Shown here: positions 1-7,860 of the stretch, piece after piece | Position numbering within the stretch: position 1 is the first letter of the stretch | How the letters are laid out: every line of letters starts with the position of its first letter | Origin: Candidatus Eutrophovita brisbanensis | GTDB taxonomy: Bacteria; Pseudomonadota; Gammaproteobacteria; Burkholderiales; Eutrophovitaceae | DNA: 64,000 bases | Assembly: GCA_038147395.1 (NCBI GenBank) | Contig: JAYQTM010000001.1 | Coordinates: 513,437 to 577,436 of the forward strand | Direction: 5' to 3' | The notes under the pieces: generated by a model | The model's input: the letters and a program-made list of their open reading frames with translations, nothing else | What the model was told of the DNA's origin: nothing | Database searches by the model: none | Program-made: the position numbers and the translations under genes

Positions 1-304
1 TGACGGGATGGACTTATTACCGGTCCTAGATCGCTTCATTGAACATACACAAGCACATTTCGAGCAAGAGAGGCTGTGGATGGAGGATGTGTCATATGCT
101 GCCTTGAGTTGTCACGTGGATGAGCACGATAGTGTCCTTGAAATTTGTCTCGAGGTGCGCAAGCGAGTTGTAAATGGAGATACTGGATTTGGGCAGTTTC
201 TCGCACATGCCGTGTTTGAGTGGTTCAAGGAGCACGTCAAAAGTATGGACCGAGTTTTAGAAGGTTTTTTGAGAGATTATGACTATGAGCCCAAAAGAGT
301 TTGA
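1..304 (+). CDS. hemerythrin-like metal-binding protein, 5'-truncated by the window edge
   Basis: The frame is open to base 2. The translation carries motifs of the C-terminal half of hemerythrin/HHE proteins (HFEQERLWM, HVDEH, FEWFKEHVKSMD). Stop is TGA 302-304. Confidence 0.55.
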   Translation, partial: DGMDLLPVLDRFIEHTQAHFEQERLWMEDVSYAALSCHVDEHDSVLEICLEVRKRVVNGDTGFGQFLAHAVFEWFKEHVKSMDRVLEGFLRDYDYEPKRV

Positions 305-335
305 CAAAGTCTAAGGTCGCATTCTCGTTACACAC

Positions 336-692
336 TCAGATTATTTCCATTGCTCTCTCGGGTGGCCGACCAACCACCGCGGTGTTGGCGTTTTCAATGA
401 TAGGGCGCTCAACAAGAATAGGATGTGTGACCATTGCGTCGATCCATTCTTCCTCGCTCAACTCAGAGTCTGCAAATCGTTCTTTGTAAACCGTTTCGTT
501 TTTTCTAATGAGATCTTGAGCCCGCATGTTAAGTTTCTTGCATAAAGTGCGGAGCTGTTCTTTGGTGTACGGGCTTTTCAGATATTCGACAACAATGGGT
601 TCAATAGCATTCTCAACCAATAAAGCCAGTGCTTGGCGGCTCTTACTGCAACGGGGGTTATGGTAAATGGTTATTTTTTTTATCTCGGCCAT
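336..692 (-). CDS. arsC: arsenate reductase, glutaredoxin-type ArsC family
   Basis: 118 aa. It has the N-terminal catalytic-Cys motif ITIYHNPRCSKSR and HPILVERPII. It is colinear over its full length with E. coli ArsC as I recall it. Confidence 0.75.
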   Translation of the reverse strand: MAEIKKITIYHNPRCSKSRQALALLVENAIEPIVVEYLKSPYTKEQLRTLCKKLNMRAQDLIRKNETVYKERFADSELSEEEWIDAMVTHPILVERPIIENANTAVVGRPPERAMEII

Positions 693-706
693 AAATTTTT
701 TTGAAA

Positions 707-3304
707 TTAGTTATTGAGTGTTTTCGATATGATCTCGCCGGTGTCTTTTGAAAGATGAGGCTTGTTTAGAATCGCCTCCATTGATTTTCTTGCGTGAGAC
801 TGCCTAACACTATCAAATTTTCTCCAGGAGTCAAAGCTGCGAGAAAGGCGTGCGGCGACTTGAGGGTTGATTTCATCCAATTGAATGATTGCATCACTGA
901 TGAGTTGGTACCCTACGCCATCCTCATTGTGAAAATGAACATGATTACTCGCAAAAGTTCTAAGTAATGAGAACACCTTGTTGGGGTTTTTGATGTCAAA
1001 AGCCTCGTGCTGCATGAGAGATTGGACCACCTTCGGGATGTCACCCTTACTTGAAGCTGCCTGAATTGATAGCCATTTATCTACAGCCAAAGGTTCTGTC
1101 TGCCAGCGTTCGTAAAATAAGTCGATCGCTTCGTTTCTTTTTGGTGAATCTGAATAAGCTAGAGCTTGGAGTGCTCCAAGACGCGCAGTCATATTCGTGG
1201 CTCTCATGAACTGCTCAAACGCTAATCTTGAGTGGTCTTTTTTATTCGATGTACAAAGAAAATTTAAGCAGACGTTCTTTAGTGCCCTGACTCCGGCGGA
1301 GTGATGATCTGGACTGTACAGTTCGGCATCAACTAGTTTGTGGTACTGATCAAGGAAATGTGGTTCAAGGGACTCAGCAATGTGTTCTCTGAGTGTATTC
1401 CTCGCCCAATGCAATTGAATTGGATCGAGGAAATCGAACAATTCGGCCAGTTCGATCTCTGAAGGAGTCGCGAACAATTCTGATTTGAATGCGTCGTCGA
1501 TCTCTTTGTCGTTGAAAGATGTTTTTAATGCGGAGATGAACGAGGGATCAAACTTAAAGTTTTGATCGCATTTACCTTGTTTATAAAGATCAAGAACGAG
1601 GCGGCTTTGAAGTTTTTGAGCTGCTTCCCAACGACTGAAGGCGTTGTCGTCATTTGCGAGCAGAAAGTAGAGGTCTTCATTGTCGTAATTGTATTCGAGA
1701 ATGATTGGCGCGGAGAAGTCCCTTAGAAAAGAGGGCGTGGGTCTCTGGGATATATTGTCGAATGAAAATTCCTCCTCACTCTTTGTTAGGTTGACGAGCA
1801 CCTCGTCTTGACCCAAATCGTTCCCATTGAAGAGTTTTAGTTTGAGTGGAATTTGTACAGGCTGATTGGACTTGTACTTGCTGTGCCCGAAGTGCTGCTT
1901 AAACGAAAGGGTATAGGTTTGTTTTGTGGCGTCAAACGCGTCTTTTACCTCTAATACGGGAGTGCCAGCTTGAGTGTACCACCGCCGAAATTGCTTCAAA
2001 TCGATACCCGATGCATCCTCCATGGCCAACACGAAATCTTCGGTTGTGACAGCTTGCCCGTCGTGACGATCAAAGTAGAGCTTCATCCCCTTTTGAAATT
2101 TTTCCTCACCCAGTAGCGTGTGGATCATTCGAACCACTTCCGCCCCTTTTTCATAAACGGTTGCAGTATAAAAGTTATTGATCTCTATGTAGGCACTCGG
2201 TCGAATCGGATGCGCCATTGGCCCTGAATCCTCCGGAAACTGGATGGTGCGGAGGTTGCGAACCTCTTGAATCCGTTGCACTCCTTTTGAATAAACATCG
2301 GCTCCATACTCTTGGTCTCTGAAGACAGTTAACCCTTCCTTGAGGCTCAACTGGAACCAATCGCGACAGGTCACTCGGTTACCCGTCCAGTTATGGAAAT
2401 ATTCGTGAGCAACGACTCTGTCGAGTAACATGAAATCTCTGTCTGTTGAGATGTCGGGGTCCGCAAGCACGTATTTGGTGTTGAAGATGTTGAGCCCCTT
2501 GTTTTCCATAGCCCCCATGTTGAAGTCATCTACAGCGACAATCATGTATTGATCTAGGTCAACTTCTAGGTCGAAGCGATCCTCATCCCATTTCATTGAT
2601 CGCTCAAGTGCCGCCATCGCGAATTCGGTTTGCCCTATTTGATTTGTAGGCGCGTATATTTGTAATGTGACCGATCTACCGCTTTTGGTTTGAAATATTT
2701 TTTCTCGTTTTTCGAGGCGACCCAAGACCATAGCGAATAGATAGCAAGGTTTTGGATGCGGGTCGGCCCATGTCACTACTGACGTCTCACCTGTGTCGTC
2801 AGTGTGTACTAGATTTCCGTTCGATAGCAGTACGGGAAAGCGCTCTTTGGGTGCGCGGATCACGGTTGTAAAGCGAGATAAGATGTCTGGACGATCTAAA
2901 AAATAGGTGATTCTTCGGAAGCCCTCCGCTTCGCATTGCGTGAAATATCCGTGCTTTGACGCATATAGACCGGATAGTTGTGAGTTTTTCTCTGGGTCAA
3001 TAGTGACTACTGTTGTAAGAGTAAAGTCATTATCTGGATTGAAAATCGTGAGGTCATTCTCAGTTATCTCGAATTCACTTGGGTCAAGTTGTTTGTCGTT
3101 TTTACTGATGCATTTGAGGTGCAGCCCTGATCCGTTGAGCGTCAAGGGGCCGCTGTGGTTGATTTTCCGATTTCGAATTATTTTCAATTCCGACTGAATT
3201 TCAACGTGCTCCGACTTGACCACGACGTTTAAGCGCGTTTCCGGTATCAAAAAAGGGGATGGGGTGTAGTCCTCTAGACGAATTTCTTTTTGCACAGTGC
3301 TCAC
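707..3304 (-). CDS. pepN: aminopeptidase N
   Basis: 865 aa. It has the GAMEN exopeptidase motif (FNMGAMENKGLN) and the zinc motif HEYFHNWTGNRVT. The length matches E. coli PepN. Confidence 0.95.
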   Translation of the reverse strand: MSTVQKEIRLEDYTPSPFLIPETRLNVVVKSEHVEIQSELKIIRNRKINHSGPLTLNGSGLHLKCISKNDKQLDPSEFEITENDLTIFNPDNDFTLTTVVTIDPEKNSQLSGLYASKHGYFTQCEAEGFRRITYFLDRPDILSRFTTVIRAPKERFPVLLSNGNLVHTDDTGETSVVTWADPHPKPCYLFAMVLGRLEKREKIFQTKSGRSVTLQIYAPTNQIGQTEFAMAALERSMKWDEDRFDLEVDLDQYMIVAVDDFNMGAMENKGLNIFNTKYVLADPDISTDRDFMLLDRVVAHEYFHNWTGNRVTCRDWFQLSLKEGLTVFRDQEYGADVYSKGVQRIQEVRNLRTIQFPEDSGPMAHPIRPSAYIEINNFYTATVYEKGAEVVRMIHTLLGEEKFQKGMKLYFDRHDGQAVTTEDFVLAMEDASGIDLKQFRRWYTQAGTPVLEVKDAFDATKQTYTLSFKQHFGHSKYKSNQPVQIPLKLKLFNGNDLGQDEVLVNLTKSEEEFSFDNISQRPTPSFLRDFSAPIILEYNYDNEDLYFLLANDDNAFSRWEAAQKLQSRLVLDLYKQGKCDQNFKFDPSFISALKTSFNDKEIDDAFKSELFATPSEIELAELFDFLDPIQLHWARNTLREHIAESLEPHFLDQYHKLVDAELYSPDHHSAGVRALKNVCLNFLCTSNKKDHSRLAFEQFMRATNMTARLGALQALAYSDSPKRNEAIDLFYERWQTEPLAVDKWLSIQAASSKGDIPKVVQSLMQHEAFDIKNPNKVFSLLRTFASNHVHFHNEDGVGYQLISDAIIQLDEINPQVAARLSRSFDSWRKFDSVRQSHARKSMEAILNKPHLSKDTGEIISKTLNN

Positions 3305-3391
3305 CGTTTTTGTGAATTTATTTATTTTACGTCTAGGACAGACAGCACGGTGAGTCGCTCGTTCGTTTTTTACGGCCGATTGAACGCGAGT

Positions 3392-3919
3392 TTAAATGAC
3401 GGCGCTTTTCAGGGTGGTTTGTTGATTGACTTGACTGATGATGTGTTCAAAAGATCGGAACAATGACGCAGGGCCTTTGTACTCCATCCAGACGTCTTGA
3501 GCACGCGATCGTACTAGTACTAATTGAAGGTCTTCAAGTGACTTGAATCGTGCGATAGCCCCATCTATTTTTTCATGACGATAATTCGAGTATGAGCATC
3601 GGTCTGTTCGACAAAGTGATTTGACGATTTCAAGAGGTTTTTTGTTGAAGTTGCCCTCTGTCGTAATGGTTAATCTTGCTCTTGGGTGGTTGTTGGACAC
3701 GAATACAATTGCGCTCTCGGTGATGCCATCGACAGCGATGGTCGCCTCTGCGTCAATGGTGAATTGTTTCCAAACAATGTCGTTGTTCTTGACAGGTGGC
3801 TTGACCTCTAAAGTCCTGATTTTTGGGAGTAAAAGAGCCACAAGAATCGTGGCGACTCCGAGTCCGATCACCGCACGTTGTAGGTTGCTGATGCGTAGCA
3901 TGCGCAGACCATATAACAA
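3392..3919 (-). CDS. hypothetical single-pass membrane protein
   Basis: 175-aa ORF with an N-terminal hydrophobic helix (AVIGLGVATILVALLL). I recognise no family motif. Confidence 0.45.
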   Translation of the reverse strand: MLYGLRMLRISNLQRAVIGLGVATILVALLLPKIRTLEVKPPVKNNDIVWKQFTIDAEATIAVDGITESAIVFVSNNHPRARLTITTEGNFNKKPLEIVKSLCRTDRCSYSNYRHEKIDGAIARFKSLEDLQLVLVRSRAQDVWMEYKGPASLFRSFEHIISQVNQQTTLKSAVI

Positions 3920-3972
3920 AACTTAGGTCATGCCAAATCCTTGATGATAATCCAGATATCTTTCTCCACATA

Positions 3973-4671
3973 GTGTATTCTGTATACAAAAAACATATAA
4001 GGTTTTTCTCTGTGGCCCTAACAAAAATAGAATCTGCTCCAGATTTGACTGAACAAGTTTATGAACGGTTGTTTGAAGCGATATGCGTTGGCCAGCTAAA
4101 ACCAAACGAACGAGTCACGCAACAAGGTCTCGCTGAGTTGCTCAACGTGTCTCGTCAACCGGTCTTACAGGCGTTACGATTATTACGTAAAGACGGATTC
4201 CTTGTCGATGCGGGCCGACGCGGTCTGATGGTCGCACCCATTGATGCTGTGATCATCAGGCAGACTTACCAAGTTCGGTCAGTGTTAGATGGCTTGGCGG
4301 CAAAACATGCAGCGAAAACGAACGGGCGGCTTAGGTCAAACCTCATTGTTGCTGGGCGTGAGGCTGCTGCGAGCGGGGACGTCTCTTTGATGATTAGTGC
4401 AGACCTTGAATTTCACGAGAGCATTTACGATCTATCTGGAAATCCCATGATTAAGGACGCCACGCAGTTTCATTGGCAGCATATCCGAAGAGCGATGGGT
4501 GCTGTCGTGACCCAATTGTCAGATATTGATGTGATTTGGGATGAACACGAACTCATATTAAACGCGATTAATGCGGGCGATGATCAGAAAGCGGAATCAT
4601 TGGCACGTTCGCATAGCGAGGGTGCGGGCGAATCACTTGCGGAAGCATTGGAACATGGCCGTGGTGTTTAG
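3973..4671 (+). CDS. GntR-family transcriptional regulator (FadR/FCD subfamily)
   Basis: It has an N-terminal winged HTH (TQQGLAELLNVSRQPVLQALRLLRKDGFL) and a helical C-terminal FCD-like domain. The true start may be GTG 4012, which has TAAGG 9 nt upstream. Confidence 0.85.
   Translation: MYSVYKKHIRFFSVALTKIESAPDLTEQVYERLFEAICVGQLKPNERVTQQGLAELLNVSRQPVLQALRLLRKDGFLVDAGRRGLMVAPIDAVIIRQTYQVRSVLDGLAAKHAAKTNGRLRSNLIVAGREAAASGDVSLMISADLEFHESIYDLSGNPMIKDATQFHWQHIRRAMGAVVTQLSDIDVIWDEHELILNAINAGDDQKAESLARSHSEGAGESLAEALEHGRGV
3981..3988. promoter_or_regulatory. 8-bp perfect palindrome TGTATACA, candidate GntR/FadR-type operator
   Basis: The GT-N-AC core is typical of GntR-family operators. It lies in the short divergent region in front of the GntR gene if that gene starts at GTG 4012. 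Confidence 0.3.
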
Positions 4672-4695
4672 AATATTCAGAGGTAAAGGGACGAA

Positions 4696-5535
4696 TTGAT
4701 GAATGATTTAAGCGAAGAGCAGCTTGCGCAATTTGAGGCAGATGGGTATCTATATTTCCCTTCGTTGTTCAAACCAGACGAAGTGAAGGCGCTCACTGAC
4801 GAGCTTGAGGGTATTTTTTCGAAGGATATTGTTGCTAACGTGCGCGAGAAAAATTCTAATTCAGTTCGCACAAGTTTTGCGATACACACTTACAATTCGA
4901 TTTACGCACGCCTTGCTCGTCACCCTCGAATGGTCAATCCGGTCGAGCAGATTTATGGCGAATCGGTCTATATGCACCAGTTCAAAGTGAACGCAAAAGC
5001 GGCCTTTGATGGCGATGTGTGGCAGTGGCATCAAGACTTTGGGACCTGGCATGAGGATGATCAAATGCCAGAGCCGAGGGCGATGAATATCGCGATATTT
5101 CTCGACGACGTTAACGAGTTTAACGGCCCTTTGATGTTTATTCCGGGAAGTCATCGCACCGGGGTTGTGAAAGCGCAACACGATACTACAACGACGAGTT
5201 ATCCGCTCTGGACGATTGATGGCGAGACGATCACCAAGCTTGCTAACGATGGAGGTATCGTGGCGCCGAAGGGACCAGCGGGTTCGATGCTCTTGTTTCA
5301 CTCGTGTTTGGTTCATGGATCCGGACCCAATTTGTCTCCATGGCACCGCCGCACGGTCTATTTAAGCTTATGTGCGGTGTCTAATCATATCCGTCAATTT
5401 AAGCGGCCTGGGTACCTCGCGCATCGTCAATTTGACCCGATTAGCTGTTTGCCAGACGACTGTCTTCTCAACGATTACACAGTTGACTTGCCGTGGGCGG
5501 ATGGTATACCTCCAGGCGAGTTGATATCCGCTTAA
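4696..5535 (+). CDS. Fe(II)/2-oxoglutarate dioxygenase, PhyH family, ectoine-hydroxylase-like
   Basis: 279 aa. The segment WQWHQDFGTWHEDDQMP resembles the EctD signature F-x-WHSDFETWH-x-EDGMP. A distal His lies in LFHSCLVHGSGPN. AGG is upstream of the ATG. Confidence 0.85.
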   Translation: MMNDLSEEQLAQFEADGYLYFPSLFKPDEVKALTDELEGIFSKDIVANVREKNSNSVRTSFAIHTYNSIYARLARHPRMVNPVEQIYGESVYMHQFKVNAKAAFDGDVWQWHQDFGTWHEDDQMPEPRAMNIAIFLDDVNEFNGPLMFIPGSHRTGVVKAQHDTTTTSYPLWTIDGETITKLANDGGIVAPKGPAGSMLLFHSCLVHGSGPNLSPWHRRTVYLSLCAVSNHIRQFKRPGYLAHRQFDPISCLPDDCLLNDYTVDLPWADGIPPGELISA

Positions 5536-5564
5536 CACCCTCATCAGTTTCTAAGGTTACTAAC

Positions 5565-6902
5565 GTGAATTTATACAAAAAACTTCTCGAGCGATCAGCT
5601 GATAAAAACCCGATTAGAGTGGCATTAATTGGAGCAGGAAAATTTGCATCAATGTATCTGGCTCAAGTGCCGAAGACACCAGGAGTGCATATTGTCGCGA
5701 TTGCGGATATCAATCCACAAAATGCCCTTAACAACCTTAATCGAATCGGATGGGCGAAAGAGAAATGCTCTGCCCAATCTATTGATGACGCGGTACGGTC
5801 TGGGGCCACGTGGCTAACTGACGATTGGATCAAAGCCATATCAGACCCGCGCATTGATATTGTTATCGAAGCGACGGGAAACCCTCCTTCCGCGGTTGAG
5901 CACATTATTGAAGCTTTTTCGAATAAGAAACATGTCGTGAACGTCACTGTCGAGGCGGACGCCCTTTGTGGGCCGCAGTTAGCTAAACTTGCGCAGCAGC
6001 ATGGCGTGATATATAGCCTTGCCTATGGGGATCAGCCTGCGTTGATTTGTGATTTAGTTGATTGGGCGCGATCAGCGGGGTTCGAAGTGGTCAGCGCGGG
6101 GAGAGGACACAAGTGGATGCCACATTTTGCCCAATCAACTCCTGACACGGTTTGGGGTCATTATGGGCTCACTCCCGAACAAGCTGAACGAGGTGGTTTG
6201 AATCCAAAGATGTTTAACTCGTTTCTCGATGGGTCAAAGCCAGCGATCGAGAGCGTGGCGGTCTGTAACGCGACAGGGCTGCATGCCCCGATTGATGGTC
6301 TGACCTATCCAAGCGGCAGTATTGAGGACATTCCAAATTTAATGCGCCCCAAAGCGGAAGGGGGGTGCTTAACAGAGAGAGGCCAAGTCGAGGTCGTTTC
6401 TTCTCTGGATGGATCGGGTCTTCCAATTCCTTATGACATTCGGTTCGGTGTCTGGGTGGTATTTGAAGGCGATACGTCGTACATAAGAAATTGTTTTGAG
6501 GAGTATGGCGTCAAAACTGATGACAGTGGGAGATACGCATCCTTATATAAGCGTTGGCACCTTATCGGTTTAGAGGTCGGGATTTCTGTGGCATCAGTGG
6601 GTTTGAGGTCGGAACCCACTGGCTCACCTACGGGGTTTCGTGCTGACGTTATGGCGGTCGCTAAAAAAGATTTAAACGTCAATGACGTGTTGGATGGCGA
6701 GGGTGGTTATACCGTGGTCGGCCAACTTGCGCCGGCAAAAAAGTCCTTAGGCTTGAATGCCTTACCGCTTGGATTGGCTCACGGATTGAAACTTAAGAGT
6801 TCAATTAAAGCCGGCTCCCCTGTGACTTGGGCTGATGTAGAGTTCGATGAGGGCGCGGCTGCTGTTGATATCCGTAGGGCGATGGAGTCCGAATATCAAT
6901 AA
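5565..6902 (+). CDS. NAD(P)-binding oxidoreductase with C-terminal SAF-like domain (COG4091-like)
   Basis: I moved the start from the ORF-track 5493 to the in-frame GTG 5565 (AAGG upstream), which avoids overlap with the previous gene. It has a Rossmann motif RVALIGAGKFASMY and a C-terminal SAF-like segment. Confidence 0.7.
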   Translation: MNLYKKLLERSADKNPIRVALIGAGKFASMYLAQVPKTPGVHIVAIADINPQNALNNLNRIGWAKEKCSAQSIDDAVRSGATWLTDDWIKAISDPRIDIVIEATGNPPSAVEHIIEAFSNKKHVVNVTVEADALCGPQLAKLAQQHGVIYSLAYGDQPALICDLVDWARSAGFEVVSAGRGHKWMPHFAQSTPDTVWGHYGLTPEQAERGGLNPKMFNSFLDGSKPAIESVAVCNATGLHAPIDGLTYPSGSIEDIPNLMRPKAEGGCLTERGQVEVVSSLDGSGLPIPYDIRFGVWVVFEGDTSYIRNCFEEYGVKTDDSGRYASLYKRWHLIGLEVGISVASVGLRSEPTGSPTGFRADVMAVAKKDLNVNDVLDGEGGYTVVGQLAPAKKSLGLNALPLGLAHGLKLKSSIKAGSPVTWADVEFDEGAAAVDIRRAMESEYQ

Positions 6903-6909
6903 TTAGCCG

Positions 6910-7341
6910 TTAGCCAAATTCTTTACAACTGCCGAAAGAAATGCGACCGACGGAGTCATCGCCCGGATAGATCCATCCCAAAGCGCTAATTCTTGAAAGT
7001 ACGTATCTGAGAGTCTGTTTGTCTATTAGTAACGTTCGATCCCTGTCACGACAACGAATGAGATTCGGCTTGGAGCCAGGGTGCATTTGACTACAGAACA
7101 AATCAGTTTTAGCGAGTGAATTGGTCTGAACGGTTTTCCAGTCCCCTCTTACCTTCAGGATGAAAGCGTCTTCTCCCAGATTTGCGAGTTCTCCGTCGTC
7201 TCGGAGTTCTCCAATCCCTTGTTCATTACAGTAAAGCGTTCTTTCGGCAAATGTTGTTGGTATAGACAACATGGTAACCACAAGCATTACCATCCACCGA
7301 GCACTCGTGTTGATGGTGGTATTACTGATTGCGTCCATCAT
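6910..7341 (-). CDS. hypothetical secreted protein
   Basis: This is an ORF with an internal Met followed by a hydrophobic signal-like stretch (WMVMLVVTMLSIPTTFA). The start is uncertain (7407, 7341 or 7293). No family is recognised. Confidence 0.4.
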   Translation of the reverse strand: MMDAISNTTINTSARWMVMLVVTMLSIPTTFAERTLYCNEQGIGELRDDGELANLGEDAFILKVRGDWKTVQTNSLAKTDLFCSQMHPGSKPNLIRCRDRDRTLLIDKQTLRYVLSRISALGWIYPGDDSVGRISFGSCKEFG

Positions 7342-7576
7342 CTTGGTTGCTATTGCAGAGTGATGAATTCGCAGCGTCCTCAGAGGAGCACTGAGAAGAG
7401 GTTTCATTATTTTCGCGCTCGAGTTGTTTCTCTTTTTGAGCTTTTAATTTTTCAGCATTTACACGATCCATCTCGTAATCAATGCTGTCTTTCATTTCCG
7501 TAGCACTGACGCTTGCCGCGAATGATATTAAGTAGAGTGACAAACATAGTTTTTTCAGCATTGGATATCTCTTCAT
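7322..7576 (-). CDS. small secreted hypothetical protein
   Basis: 84 aa with a signal peptide (LKKLCLSLYLISFAASVSA) and then a charged, low-complexity region. The start could be the second Met at 7561. Confidence 0.4.
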   Translation of the reverse strand: MKRYPMLKKLCLSLYLISFAASVSATEMKDSIDYEMDRVNAEKLKAQKEKQLERENNETSSQCSSEDAANSSLCNSNQDDGRNQ

Positions 7577-7632
7577 TGATTTTTAGATCATTATAATTAT
7601 TACGTGCTAATAAATTACTGGGAGTATTGAAA

Positions 7633-7752
7633 ATGGATTGTGGATGCGGTAGAAGTCCAACAGGAAAGTGCATTGGTTGGCATAGCCTTTCAGAAGAGGA
7701 GTACCAAGAAAAACTGCGAGAGTATCAAACAGAAGATCAGGAACAGAAGTAA
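7633..7752 (+). CDS. candidate Cys-rich small protein (39 aa, MDCGCGRSPTGKCIGWHSLSEEEYQEKLREYQTEDQEQK)
   Basis: ATG 7633 is preceded by GGAG at 7621-7624 with an 8-nt spacer. Stop is TAA 7750-7752. It is below the ORF-track length cutoff. Confidence 0.35.
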   Translation: MDCGCGRSPTGKCIGWHSLSEEEYQEKLREYQTEDQEQK

Positions 7753-7860
7753 CACACCACCGATAGTGAGGATTGTTTGAATACAGGTGCTTGCAACGAT
7801 AAGGTCGGTGGGTAAGGCGCCAATTTTAGGACGCTGATTTTAATAACAAGGAGTTACGTT

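Noticed and set aside
5493-5564. N-terminal extensions offered by the ORF track. This one overlaps the dioxygenase gene; similar extensions occur at 41761 (ftsW), 49346 (ftsZ), 50545 (lpxC), 54735 (argJ), 30446 (rsmI), 24517 (yejF) and 26679 (yejB).
   Set aside because: Alignment with well-known orthologue N-termini, and/or better-placed RBS and start/stop coupling, support the downstream starts.
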